DNA of 64,000 nucleotides from Octopus vulgaris (lineage: Eukaryota). The notes under the pieces were generated by a model, which made no database searches, was not told where the DNA came from, and saw only the letters and a list, made by a program, of their open reading frames with translations. Location: contig OX597819.1 of NCBI GenBank assembly GCA_951406725.2, positions 124,310,001 through 124,374,000 on the forward strand. Direction: 5' to 3'. Shown here in pieces: positions 37,778 through 49,266 of this stretch; the first letter of the stretch is position 1, and every line of letters begins with the position of its first letter. Position numbers and translations under genes: made by a program.

Positions 37778-38475
37778 TTACCTGGTTGACCAAGTTAGTA
37801 GAGGTGGATGCTTCGAGAGCATAGCTGCTGGAATAAAAATAGGCTGGGAAAAGTTCAGAGAGCTCCTACCTCTGTTGGTAACAAAGGGTCTCCCTCTCAG
37901 AGTGAAAGGCAGGTTGTATGATACCTGTGTGTGAACAGCCATGCTACATGGCAGTGAAAAATGGGCTGTGACTGCTGAGGACATGCAAAAGCTTGAAAGA
38001 AATGAAGCTTCTCTGGATTTGCTATGTTTAGTGTACATGCATGACAGTGTAAGCATCTTGAGAGAAAGAGGCATCAGATGTGGTGTGCAAGAGAGATGAC
38101 TGTGATGGTATGGTCGTGTGATGCATATGGACGAAGACAGCTGTGTGAAGAAGTGCCAATCTCGAATGGTGGAGAGAACCTGTGGAAGAGGTGTGGGATG
38201 AGGTAGTTAAGCATGATTTTCAAACTTTGAGCCTCACAGAAGCAATAACAAGCGAGACCTTAAACAATATGCTGTGCTTGAGAAGACCCGTCAAGGCAAG
38301 TGAAATCATAGTTGTGGCTGGAGGTAGTGACAAGTGACAAAGACCTTTGGCAGTATACTGTGTTTGAGAAGACCTGTCAAGCTAAGTGAGATCATACTCA
38401 TGGCTGATGCCAGTGTTTTATCACTGGCACATCAAAAGCTCCCACTACACTTTTGGAGTGGTTGGCATTTGGATG
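37778..38475 (+). mobile_element. Decayed RTE LINE 3' part
   Basis: GWEKFRELLPLLVTKGLPLRVKGRLYDTCV..AMLHGSEKWAVT..KLERNE, then start of the 3' UTR. Confidence 0.85.
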
Positions 38476-38477
38476 CA

Positions 38478-39619
38478 TCATGTATGACCCGATTGTCAGT
38501 AGTGCAGAGAGAACTAGCTATTGGCTGATTGCAAGCAGGGCAGCGTGCCCTGGTTGTTGCAAAAGCTTACAATGTCCATATCAGCACCATCAATCACTTG
38601 CAACAGCACGGCAGAGATCGGCCCCAGGTGACCACGCCCAGGCAGGCCTGCTTCATTCACCTGCAATACCTCCACGATTGCTTCAGACCGGCCAGCGTGA
38701 CAGCAACCACATGGTACGACATCGACTGGCTGCCAACAACCTGCGTTGCTATCGTCCTGCTCGAGGGCATCCTCACCACCCGCCACCATCAGGCACAACT
38801 ACAGTGGGCTACACAGCACTGACATTGGCAACATCAACAGTGGAGGTCGATAGCTTTCACTGACAAGAGCCGGTACTGCGTTTCCACTTCGGATGGCAGA
38901 GTGAAGGCATGACATAGGAGGGGTGAATGCTACAGAGACACATGTGTCAAGGAGATAGATGCATGGGGTGATCAAAGCATCGTGGGTTGGGGTGCTATAG
39001 GCCTGGAACAGAAAATTGGGCCCCATATGTTACAGAATGTTGGTGTAGGCAGGGGGAATGGCATCACAGCACAGTGCTACATTGACCAGATCCTAAGACC
39101 TCACATTGTGCCCTTCTTCACACATCACCATAGCCATGTGTTCCAGCAGGACAATGCTCCCTCCCACACAGCCAAGGTCACTATGGACTTCCTGCATCAG
39201 CACAACATCAGAACCATGCCGAGGCCGGCTCTCAGCTCGGATTTGAACCCAATTGAAAACCTGGGGGATGAAATCCTGAAACGGCTGAACCAGGTGGTCC
39301 CAAGGCCAACAACTCATGTGGAACTGGAGGCAGCTTCTCTCAGGGTGTGGGCACAGGTGCTAATGGCTTTTATGAACCGCCTTATGCATTCCATGTACCG
39401 ACTGTGTATTTGCCATTTTGGATAACCAGGGAGGGCATACATGGTCTTGATCATGTCACGCCCTACAATCTCAGTATGCCGGATCCACCCACTACCAGAA
39501 TACATGACAACGATCCAAAGACTGTGGTCAAAGTGCATCCAAGAAATTGGATGCACTTCGATGAAATTAAAGCATATTTCACAGTCACACACGTCTCGCA
39601 TTTCTTTTGCGGTTCAGTG
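38478..39619 (+). mobile_element. Decayed Tc1 transposon (DD34E transposase)
   Basis: Paired-type HTH remnant, FTDKS, WGAI, FQQDNAPSH...DLNPIE with 34 residues between D and E; right end ...CAGTG. Confidence 0.88.
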
Positions 39620-39912
39620 TGTGTGTAACTGCGTGTCTTTGTGTTTATTTGTCCCACTGTTTGACATCCAGCGTTGGTGTGTTTATGTCGCTGTAACTTA
39701 AAGGTTCGGTGAAAAGAGGCTGATAGTACAAGTACTAGGCTTAAATATGTAAGTGCTGGGGTCAATTCATTTGATTGAAACAAATAAAAAGATAAAATAT
39801 TTTGGCATTACTGAAGATTTAGTTTTCATCTAATGGTTCAGGAGATATACTCTATAGCAATAAAGACACTCTGCAGTAATCTTGCCGTTCTTATCATATA
39901 TTTTTATACACA

Positions 39913-40132
39913 GGCAGCAAGTTGGCAGAAACGTTAGCACACCGGGTGAAATGCGTAGCCATATTTCGTCTGTCGTTATGTTCCGAGTTCAAATTCCACC
40001 GAGGTTGACTTTGCCTTTCATCCTTTCGGGGGTCGATAAATTAAGTACCAGTTACGCACTGGGGTCTATGTAATCGACTTAATCCGTTTGTTTGTCCCCT
40101 CTGTGTTTAGCCCCTTGTGGGTAGTAAAGAAA
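39913..40132 (+). mobile_element. SINE family C
   Basis: GGCAGAAACGTTAGCA..GAGTTCAAATTCC..GCCTTTCATCCTTTCGGGGGTCGATAAATTAAGTACC. Confidence 0.82.
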
Positions 40133-40544
40133 TATATATTTTTGTACACAGCTTCGTGTGAGAGTTAAGTTTTTTGAATTTTGAGATAAAGTGCAATATT
40201 GATGATGTGCTGCAACTGTGTCAGGTGCAGTTTTGGGTAATAATTTAATAGAAAAGCTCTTGCTCATTTTGATTCAAGTTATACATTTTGAGAAAGACTT
40301 AGATGTCAAATGTCCTGTTCTTTTCTCCAATATATCTGTGATCTTGGACTTACATAATTAAATCAATATTCCTGTTTCAGTTGAGTCAAAGTTAAAAATT
40401 TTAAATACTAAATTATTCAAATAGGAATAAAAAGTTTTAAATGCAGGTGAAAAGAATTACAAAAACAGTTTGTTGTTGGTGGTGTTGGTAGAGTATTCAT
40501 TAATGAAGATGGTGGTGGTTGTAAGTAGTTTGATGGCAAACAAA

Positions 40545-41280
40545 TTTCCAGTAGTTCCACAATCGAGGAAGTTGTTTAACACCAAACATAATATTAATTG
40601 TGGAAAATGTTCTCATTTCCGCAGTATAAGTTGGCTGCCATAGAGGATTGTTTCTTCCACAAATAGAAATTAAACGTTGTGCATATTTGTTTGTTTCCTT
40701 CGCTGCATTTTCAAAAAAACTTTCTGGTAAAAATAGTCCAATGGTTGAGCATCAGGATGTAAATTGTGTTGTGGACCAGTGTTTTCTGTGAAATCGGGAA
40801 TAGTGATTGGTGTTGTAATCTTTGACCATTTTGCCATGGTTACAATATCATTTTCATCACTTTCATTTTTATCGCTTTCAATTTCAAAATCTTCCTCTTT
40901 TGATGAATATTCACTAATATCGATATCAGATTCATCTGAAGACAAAATACTTTTGTTTTCATTTATATTTTCTATATCGTCAAGAGTAAAACCTTCAGTC
41001 AGAATCACTACTTGCTGACACCATTTCTTTAAAAACTAAGGTACAGACTTCTCTTCAAACGTTGAAAAAAACCATGTGGTCTAAACAATTTCACAGTATT
41101 TATACTTGAATAAAGGCAGGAAAGGCTTTATCTCACATTATCTCAAAGCTATGAGAATTCGATAATGTGATTTGTTTATTTTTTAGTGATTTCATAGAGC
41201 AGTTGGATACGGCCAGCTTGAACAAATAAAGGGGAATTCATTTTGGCCGGATACAGCTGGCTTGAACACTAAAGGGTTAA
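40545..41280 (-). mobile_element. piggyBac 5' end and transposase N-terminus
   Basis: TTAA|CCCTTTAGTGTTCA terminus at 41280-41263; acidic N-terminus nearly identical to 51110-51530. Confidence 0.85.
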
Positions 41281-42735
41281 TGTTTGCCCTCCACATGATC
41301 TGCAGCTTCTCCGTCAGGGTTTTGTGCAACTTGAATGCTTGTGGGTTTTCGGAATGGTAGGCAAGGAGTGGCTTAATCTCAAGTCTCCACTCGCATTGGC
41401 ACAAAGTACAAGTGTTGGCCTATCTTTCATAGGTTTGTAGCCTGGTGTTATCTTCTCTGCAGTTGTGGAGGTTCTTCTGGGCCTTTTTTTTTTCCAGAAA
41501 AAGCCAGTTTCATCACAGCCGAATACCCGTTGTATGAAGAACCCCTTTGTTTGCGATGAGCTGATGGAATTCACGCATGAAATCCTCACCTGCCTTCGTG
41601 TCAGAACTCGCTGCTTCTCCATACCTGATGACACTGTGAACACCAGTCTACTTCTTGAAATTATCAAACCAGCCATGACTTGTTTCAAATGCATCTGCTA
41701 ATGTCTCCTCTGTCGATGTTCCAGGGTTCTGCTTTAGGAAATACTGGTAGAGCCCTCGGGCTTTCTCGCAGATGATTGTCTCTGTAATCATATCCCCTGC
41801 AAGTTGCTTCTTGTTGATTCACAGGAGAAGCAATTTGTCCATCTCTTTGTGGACAGATGTGCATTGCTTAGAGAGCCTGGAGACAACCTTTGTTATTGTT
41901 ACAGCCTTGATCTCATCCTTTTCCTTCTGCATGGTACAGATCGTTGATGTGCTATGTCCACTACACACACACACACACACACACACTCCTTTCTTGTGTT
42001 TATCAATGATTTCTTTCTTCAATTATATCATCAGCATCGTTTAACGTCCGTTTTCCATGCTAGCATGGGTTGGACGGTTCGACCAGGGTCTGGGAAGCCA
42101 GAAGGCTGCACCAGGCTCCAGTCTGATCTGGCAGAGTTTCTACAGCTGGATGCCCTTCCTAACGCCAACCACTCCATGAGTGTAGTGGGTGCTCTTTACG
42201 TGCCACCGGCACAGGTGCCAGGCGAGGCTGGCAACAGCCATGATCGGTTGGTGCTTTTTACGTGCCACCAGCATGGAAGTCAGTCGAGGCGGCGCTGGCA
42301 TCGGCCACGTTCGGATGGTGCTTTTTACGTGCCACCGGCATGGAAGCCAGTCAAGGCGGCGCTGGCATCGGCCACATTCGGATGGTGCTTTTTACATGCC
42401 ACCGAATCCGCTTTTTCTTCTGAACACTCCTTTGCACTAATCTTCTTAGGACCCATGGCTAACACAACTGATTATTATAAAGTAATAGCAAATTCGCACA
42501 AAACTTTTAAAAAATCACTGGGATGCTGCTACAACAAGATAACCACATGAACTGAGCGAGCAGAGACTGCGCTTGTTGGAAGTGTGTGTGCAAGCTCAGC
42601 TCTGACTAGTGGTCGCTTATATGAAACTCACTCACTGCAGATTTCTGCTCATACCTCGAGATAAAAATTCACACAAGCCTTGCTCGTGCAGCAAATTACT
42701 CAACAATGGTGCACTCATACTGCAAGATTCTACTA
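41281..42735 (-). mobile_element. Decayed Tigger/pogo (TIGD1-like) transposon, interrupted by an RTE 3' UTR (42026-42405) and cut by piggyBac
   Basis: MGPKK, KKEIIDKH, FKASHGWF, CDETGFFWKK, PMKDRPTLVLCANASGD, PLLAYHSENPQAFK. Confidence 0.88.
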
Positions 42736-43124
42736 TATATTAAGAAAAAAATACCAACACAATACTTCTTTACAATGAATAGCATTTAGTTTATTTTAAC
42801 TGTTTTAAATATTTGTTACTATTTATATATTTTGAAAGTACCTTTTTTAAAGATATTTTTGATTCAACTTTTCTACATTTAATATTTTATGTGAATATGT
42901 AATCCATTTTGTGATAATTCTATAACATAGAATATAATTTCATTGTATTTTTTTCTTTTTTTTGTTGTGTGTGTGTGTGTGTATATATATATTGTTGCTT
43001 ATTCTTGATTATAATCACACCGCAAATTTTTATGGGGAACACCATACAAAATTCTGGTGCATCTAAATTAAATACCATATTCATTTGAATCTAAATTGTT
43101 GCTGATCTTATATATATATACATA

Positions 43125-43495
43125 CTAGCTCTATGACCCGGCAACGCTGGGTCATAGTGCTAGTGCATGCATATACAGCTGCGTGCATGCGCACATACAC
43201 GCGAGTACTGTCCAAATCTCCGACCAATCACATACAGCTAGCTGGCATTCAATTGGCGTATCAGGTTTCAGCCATTTTGATTGGGTTTTGGATAGAAAAT
43301 TCACAAAAAAAGTCACTTCTATTGATTTTTTTTAATGGCTTTGTGGGGTGACTGGGGAAATGTAAAGATGTGCACGATCACCCTTTGACGGTTTTGAATG
43401 ACCATAGAAAGTGCGAGCCCTCTAACTGAAAAATTGTGGATTTGTATAAAGGATATGCACACACAGAGACAGACATTTTGCTGTTTATATATATA
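43125..43495 (-). mobile_element. Non-autonomous Helitron-like element
   Basis: Reverse complement of the 30111 family; terminal hairpin bounded by CTAG. Confidence 0.78.
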
Positions 43496-43800
43496 TATAT
43501 ATATATAAAAATATAAAGAAAATAGGAAGATACGTGAACTAAGAAAGGAACCTTTATGCAGTCATTCAACTTGCACGAAATAGCAGCTACATTTTTTTCC
43601 TTAAATTACACAATTACACTGGATAACACGTTTGATCATAAGGTTGTTCATTTAGGGCTGACCTCGAACTAAACAGCAAAAATGTTTTTTTTTAAAATAA
43701 AGTTTGGAGTAAAATTAAGTGTGCAGTTAATTTGTTAAGTATTAGATAATTCTTTTCAATGTATTTTTGTTGACTTTTTTTTTTCTTCTTCTCTTTACAG

Positions 43801-45241
43801 ATCTTCATGAATCACCAATCCAAGATGCTAAATCATGTTCACAGACACCAATAGTAAATCTCAAAAAGAAAGAAAAAGCTAAAACAATGAAGACTGAGTC
43901 GTGTAGTAGCAGCAGTAGCGGTGGTTCTCAAAAGGCACACGGTATGTGCGTGAAGAAATCAAAGGCTGGTCATAGTGAAAGTAGTGTCTCTGGAAGTCAG
44001 GAAATACCATCTTTTATATCTGGAGACAAAGATAAACGAAAACATCATCATCATCATTCTCATCATCATTCTCAGCATCACCATCATCATCATAACATAC
44101 ATCCTCATCACCACCACCATAAGTGTGAGTCTCAGTTTGAGAAATCCTCCAACTTCAAGCAACATATTCATACCTCTGAAAAAGAAAACATCAAAAAGAA
44201 AGACACAACTGACGAAGCTGCTTCAAAGCGAGTTAACGGAAATTCTTCATGTGTGGCCCATGCAAAACCACCCCCAAAGAAAAGGATTGTTAGTAACTGT
44301 GGTGTCCAAGTAAATCTTCGGCGGCGAACGGAGAACAAATCTGTTCAAGTCTCCTTAAAACTTTCTAGTAACCACCATGATAAAGACTCATTGCGGAGAG
44401 AACATTCTTCTTTACATGCTGACCGAAAGGCTGAAGTTGCCCAGAAACTAGAGTGTCACAGTCGACGTTCTATGTCTAGCAAAGGGACACAGACAAACAA
44501 AGAAACTAGACCTAAATCTACTATGCACAGCTTGAATGACCTAAAGATCTCTCTTTCTACTGATTTTGATCACACTATTAAAGCTCTCAAAACGGAGCCT
44601 CCTCCAGTTACCGTAGAAAATAGTGATGAGCCTACTGAAGTCTTGAAATACCGTGATTACATGCATTTTGAATATTACACCAATGGTGGAGCCATGGTAC
44701 TGCATTCCTACCAAGAAGAGCTCGATAAGCTGTCTTCAGAACAAATGCTTGAATTCACAAAAGAATTTTTTCATGTTGTCTTTGATGAAGAATCAGAGGG
44801 GGTTTCTAACTGTGTCATGGGCATTGTCCATAATGCAGCTGCATATATGCCTGATTTTTTGGAGTATTTTGCATCTGATTATTCAAATCTAACTGTGAAA
44901 ACAGGTGTGCTGGGAAAATCTGATATTGAAACCAAATCCATGGCAGCCTATTGCGATATGGTATATAAAACATATGAAAATGGAACTGTGCGGACGGGAC
45001 CACTCCTTCAGCTCAGCCTCGTTGGCACTGTGCATGAAGAAGTTGGAGATTATTTCCCTGAATTTTTAGACATGCTGGAAGAAAGCCCATTTCTCCGAGT
45101 TACAATGCCATGGGGAGAATTAGCTTCAGTAAAGATGAAAGACAGGCGAGAAAGTAATGACGGCCCAATTTTGTGGTCACGTCCTGGGGAACAGTTAATT
45201 CCTACAGCTGATATGCCTAAATCTCCATACAAGCGTAAAAG
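43801..45241 (+). CDS. RSBN1: RSBN1/RSBN1L-like coding exon 2 (His-rich tract and start of the conserved domain)
   Basis: Polypyrimidine tract + CAG; contains NGGAMVLHSY, VMGIVHNAAAYMPDFLEYF, GPLLQLSLVGTVHEEVGDYFPEFLDMLEESPFL, SNDGPILWSRPGEQLIPTADMPKSP typical of RSBN1/DPY-21; AG|GTAAGT donor, phase 2. Confidence 0.95.
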
Positions 45242-45810
45242 GTAAGTCAACTTTAGCGTAAATGACTTTTGTTTCAGCAATGAATATTATAAATTGACGG
45301 TGTCAATTTTTATTTTTGAGTTTGTAAGTTTGCAAACTAGTTTTATATTTCTCTCCATCATTTTCTACAGTCACCTCGTCCTGCCCACTCACCCAGCCCA
45401 AGCCCCTATATCAACACACCTATTCTCATCACTGGAATGACACAGTCCCTCAAGGACATATTCTGACACATCTTTGCCATCATCTCTTTCACTATCACTT
45501 TCTTTGTCTTGCTCTCTAACTCACTCCCCTTTGTTTTCCAACTGAGGTGTCCATGTATCTATGATACAGCAAGACACCTTATCCGCCGCCCCTGCTATAC
45601 CTTAGATCTCTCAACTGGCAAATGGATAAGTGCTATTATGAGAGGCTGTTGAACATAGAGAACCCATGAGATATGGAAGAGTCACTTTCTGCTGACCCTA
45701 TAAATGTATCAGCAATTGAAGTTGATAGCAGTCTGATAGATAAAGCAATTAAGAACAGGGAGAACATCAAGGGTCCATCAGGGATAGTTGCAGAGATGCT
45801 CAGAATAACT

Positions 45811-46016
45811 CCGGCCGTATCCAACTGCTCTATGAAATCGCTAAAAAATAAACAAATCACATTATCGAATTCTCATAACTTTGAGATAATGTGAGATAAA
45901 GCCTTTCCCGCCTTTATTCAAGTATAAACACTGTTAAATTGTTTAGACCACATGGTTTTTTTCAACGTTTGAAAAGAAGTTTGTACCTTAATTTTTAAAG
46001 AAATGGTGTCAACAAG
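45811..46016 (+). mobile_element. piggyBac 5' subterminal fragment, inverted copy of 41015-41217
   Basis: GGCCGTATCCAACTGCTCTATGAAATC...AAAGAAATGGTGTCA. Confidence 0.8.
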
Positions 46017-46321
46017 GCATATAAAAGGGTGTCAAACCCAATGACTGGTGTTGTAGTGTATGTCACGGGGTTTGAATATCTCATCGCCATTAATGTTATG
46101 ACAACGTTGGGGTGTGCACAAGGGTGTAGGAACAGTATTACCTAAATAAATATTTGGATATGGTTATCTAGGATAACCTTTCACAGAGTTAATATGTTCA
46201 TGCAGAACGTACCACATACTACGCCAAATGTAGGTGTGAATTTAAACGAACACAGTAATCTAATACCAACGATCAATGCTGTCGACTGCCAACTATCAAC
46301 TCGACACTTCTTATCAAAATA

Positions 46322-46637
46322 AATATCAAATGGAAATTGTAGTTGTGATACCTGTGCCGGTGGCACGTAAAAAGCACCATCCGTACGTGGTCGATGCCAG
46401 CGCCACTTTGACTGGCTTCTGTGCCGGTGGCACGTAAAAAGCACCAACCGATCGTGGCCGCTGGCATGTAAAAAGCACCCACTACACTCACGGAGTGGTT
46501 GGCGTTAGGAAGGGCATCCAGCTGTAGAAACTCTGCCAGATCAGACTGGAGCCTGGTGCAGCCTCCTGGCTTCCCAGACCCCGGTCGAACCGTCCAACCC
46601 ATGCTAGCATGGAAAACGGACATTAAATGATGATGAT
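46322..46637 (+). mobile_element. RTE LINE 3' UTR
   Basis: Tandem GTGCCGGTGGCACGTAAAAAGCACC units and (GAT)n tail. Confidence 0.8.
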
Positions 46638-47210
46638 ATTAGTCCACTTTCAGTGGAGGTGATCAGGATCCTTCTACATTTGAGAATGAGCCTTCCATAA
46701 CTTCTTTCCTTTTTGAAGATCAAACTCTGTCCAGAGTTTTAATATCTCTTATGCTTAGGATTGAATTCCAGTATTTCCATTCTTTTCCTTTTTCTGTTAC
46801 TTGAACCTGTAGTTTCAATTTGTTTGAGTGTTGCTGCCTCAAACACATCATACAATACTTCTATGGTGATTTCATCTCTTGTGACTGTTTCTTCCATACA
46901 TCTTTTTTTTAGTTGGTTTGTGTCTTTTATTTATTTTTTCTGTAGTTTCAGCTCAGAGCTGCGGCCATGCTGATGCACCGCTGTTCAAAAATGTTCAAAA
47001 TTCTTTTTCCTTTTACCAGGAATAACATTTTTTCAATTTGTTTAATAATTACAACGTCCCCCCCAGCTTTCTTTATCATATCTGTACAATTTTAAAAAAA
47101 ACCTTTGCCACGCTACTTGAACTATTTTGGCGTATATTTGTTGTTCACCATTTTTCTGTTTTTACTCGGTATCAACTTGTCAAAGACAGATCTAATCTTT
47201 CTAGCAAACA

Positions 47211-47440
47211 TTAACCCTTTCGTTACTGTATTTATTTTGAGATGTTCTGTGTTTCTTTCAATTAATTTAAAATATAACAAAGAATTTAGTAAAATAACTT
47301 AGTTATCATTCAGCTAGTGTTAGGAACATAAATTGTGACTAAGGTTTGGTGGAAGATTTTAATTCAAAACTTATGAAAACAAGACATTTGTATTACAGAA
47401 CCAGAGCCGGTTTCAGCCAGGTTGGTAACGAAAGGATTAA
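47211..47440. mobile_element. Short piggyBac-type MITE
   Basis: TTAA|CCCTTTCGTTAC ... GTAACGAAAGGA|TTAA. Confidence 0.78.
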
Positions 47441-47454
47441 TTCCACAGGTGACA

Positions 47455-49266
47455 TTCCAGATGGGGGTATTCAGATTAGGTGTTACTCATAGGTACACTC
47501 ATTGAAATTGTTGAAATGCTAAATCATCCATTATGTCATTGTTCGCCTTTTTTTTAAAGCCCTCTTTAAAATATCAACAAAAGGCTCTGCTTGTCCGTTT
47601 GACCCAGCATGATATGTGATGACATAAGGAACGTTTTACAAAGATTTTTCAACTCATTTGAAGTAAACTGAGTTCCATTATCAGACACAATGGTATCAGG
47701 AATACCATATCTGGTGAACAATTTGTGTAAAAAAGAACTTACTGTAGATGTCAGCTTTTTGCACTTCCATACTTCTGGCCACTTTGAAAAACTATCTACC
47801 ACAAGGTAATATGAACTCTTAAGTGGACCTGCATTATCAACATGCAGTGGACCATGGAATGTCTGTTTTTGGCCATGGTTGCCATTTAGTGGTAGGTACT
47901 TTTGCAGCTTGGGTACAACCTCTGCATGCTTTCACTAGTTCAATTTTACAGTCCATTCTTGGCTAATACACATAACTTCTCATTAAAGATTTCATTCTCA
48001 AAATCCCTGATTGACCAATGTGAAATGGTATAAACTCCATCTTAAAGTCATAGTTTAGTAATATAGTACCCCAGTGTTGCAACCTATTAGCAGTATGGGT
48101 AGGGGTTCCTTTCTTTGACCCACATATTGATGATAATGGACAGTCTGTAGTCAAAATTTTCTACCATTTAAAAATCTATGAAATTTTTTAATTGCAAAAA
48201 TAATTGCTAGAGCCTCTTTCTCAATGTGGTTGTAATTTTTTTCTGCAGGTAGTAGTGAATGTGAGGCATGAACCACAGCCTTCGTGTTACCTGACTGGTG
48301 TCTGTGTCGGTGACACATAAATGCACCAACCGATCGTGGCCGTTTGCCAACCTGATCTGGCTCCTGTGCCGGTGGCACGTAAAAAGTACCCACTACACTC
48401 ATGGAGTGGTTGGCGTTAAGAAGGGCATCCAGCTGTAGAAACACTGCCAGATCAGATTGGAGCCTGGTGCAGCCTCCATGGCTTACCAGACCCCGATCGA
48501 ACCGTCCAACCCATGCTAGCATGGAAAACGGACGTTAAATGATGATGATCATGTTAGTCCACTTTTGGTGGAGGTGGTCAGGATCCGTCTACATCCGGTA
48601 CCGTATTCAGAGGCACCTGAAGCTACTACAATCTCCACTGCAAGATCAAAATGTACTAAAGACAAATCAGATGTTAATACCCTTTTAATTTTGTTGAATG
48701 ACTTCTGACCATTTTCAGACCAATTCCTCTTTTTTAGTAGATTATTTAGTGGAGCTCTTACTTTACGCATAATTGATATATAAGTAATAGTTTGCAAGTC
48801 CCAGAAAAGCTTGCAAGGTAGATATATTTGTTTGAGGGAGCATTTTTTTTCTAATAGCATCTGCCCTCAACGGATCTGGTCAACAACCATTTTTATCAAT
48901 AATTTATCCTAAATATTTAATTTGAGGTAAGAAAAAATCACACTCTCCTTACTCAAAGTGAAGCCATAATCCCTTATTTTTTCAAACACATTTTACGTGC
49001 TCGGCATGCTGAGGCCATTACAAAGTCACACTCTGCAAGCATCGTATCCATCACTTGTTGAAATCTAGCCAGAGCAACTTATATGCCAAATGGAAGTCAG
49101 TTAAACTTGCACAAACCTTTATGTGTATTGATTGTTAGTAGCTTAGAACATTTGTCTTCCACTTGTATCTGCAAGTAGACATCAGACAGATTTAATCTTG
49201 AGAACAATTTACCACCATTTAGTTTCAAGATTTCCTCTGGACTAGGTAACGGGTAGTTATACTGTT
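47455..49266 (-). mobile_element. Second decayed Gypsy pol fragment (RT, RNase H, integrase), with an RTE 3' UTR insert at 48290-48549
   Basis: YPLPSPEE, ASEYG, AEKNYNHIEKEALAIIFAIKKFH, VDSFSKWPE, PDTIVSDNGTQFTS. Confidence 0.88.
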
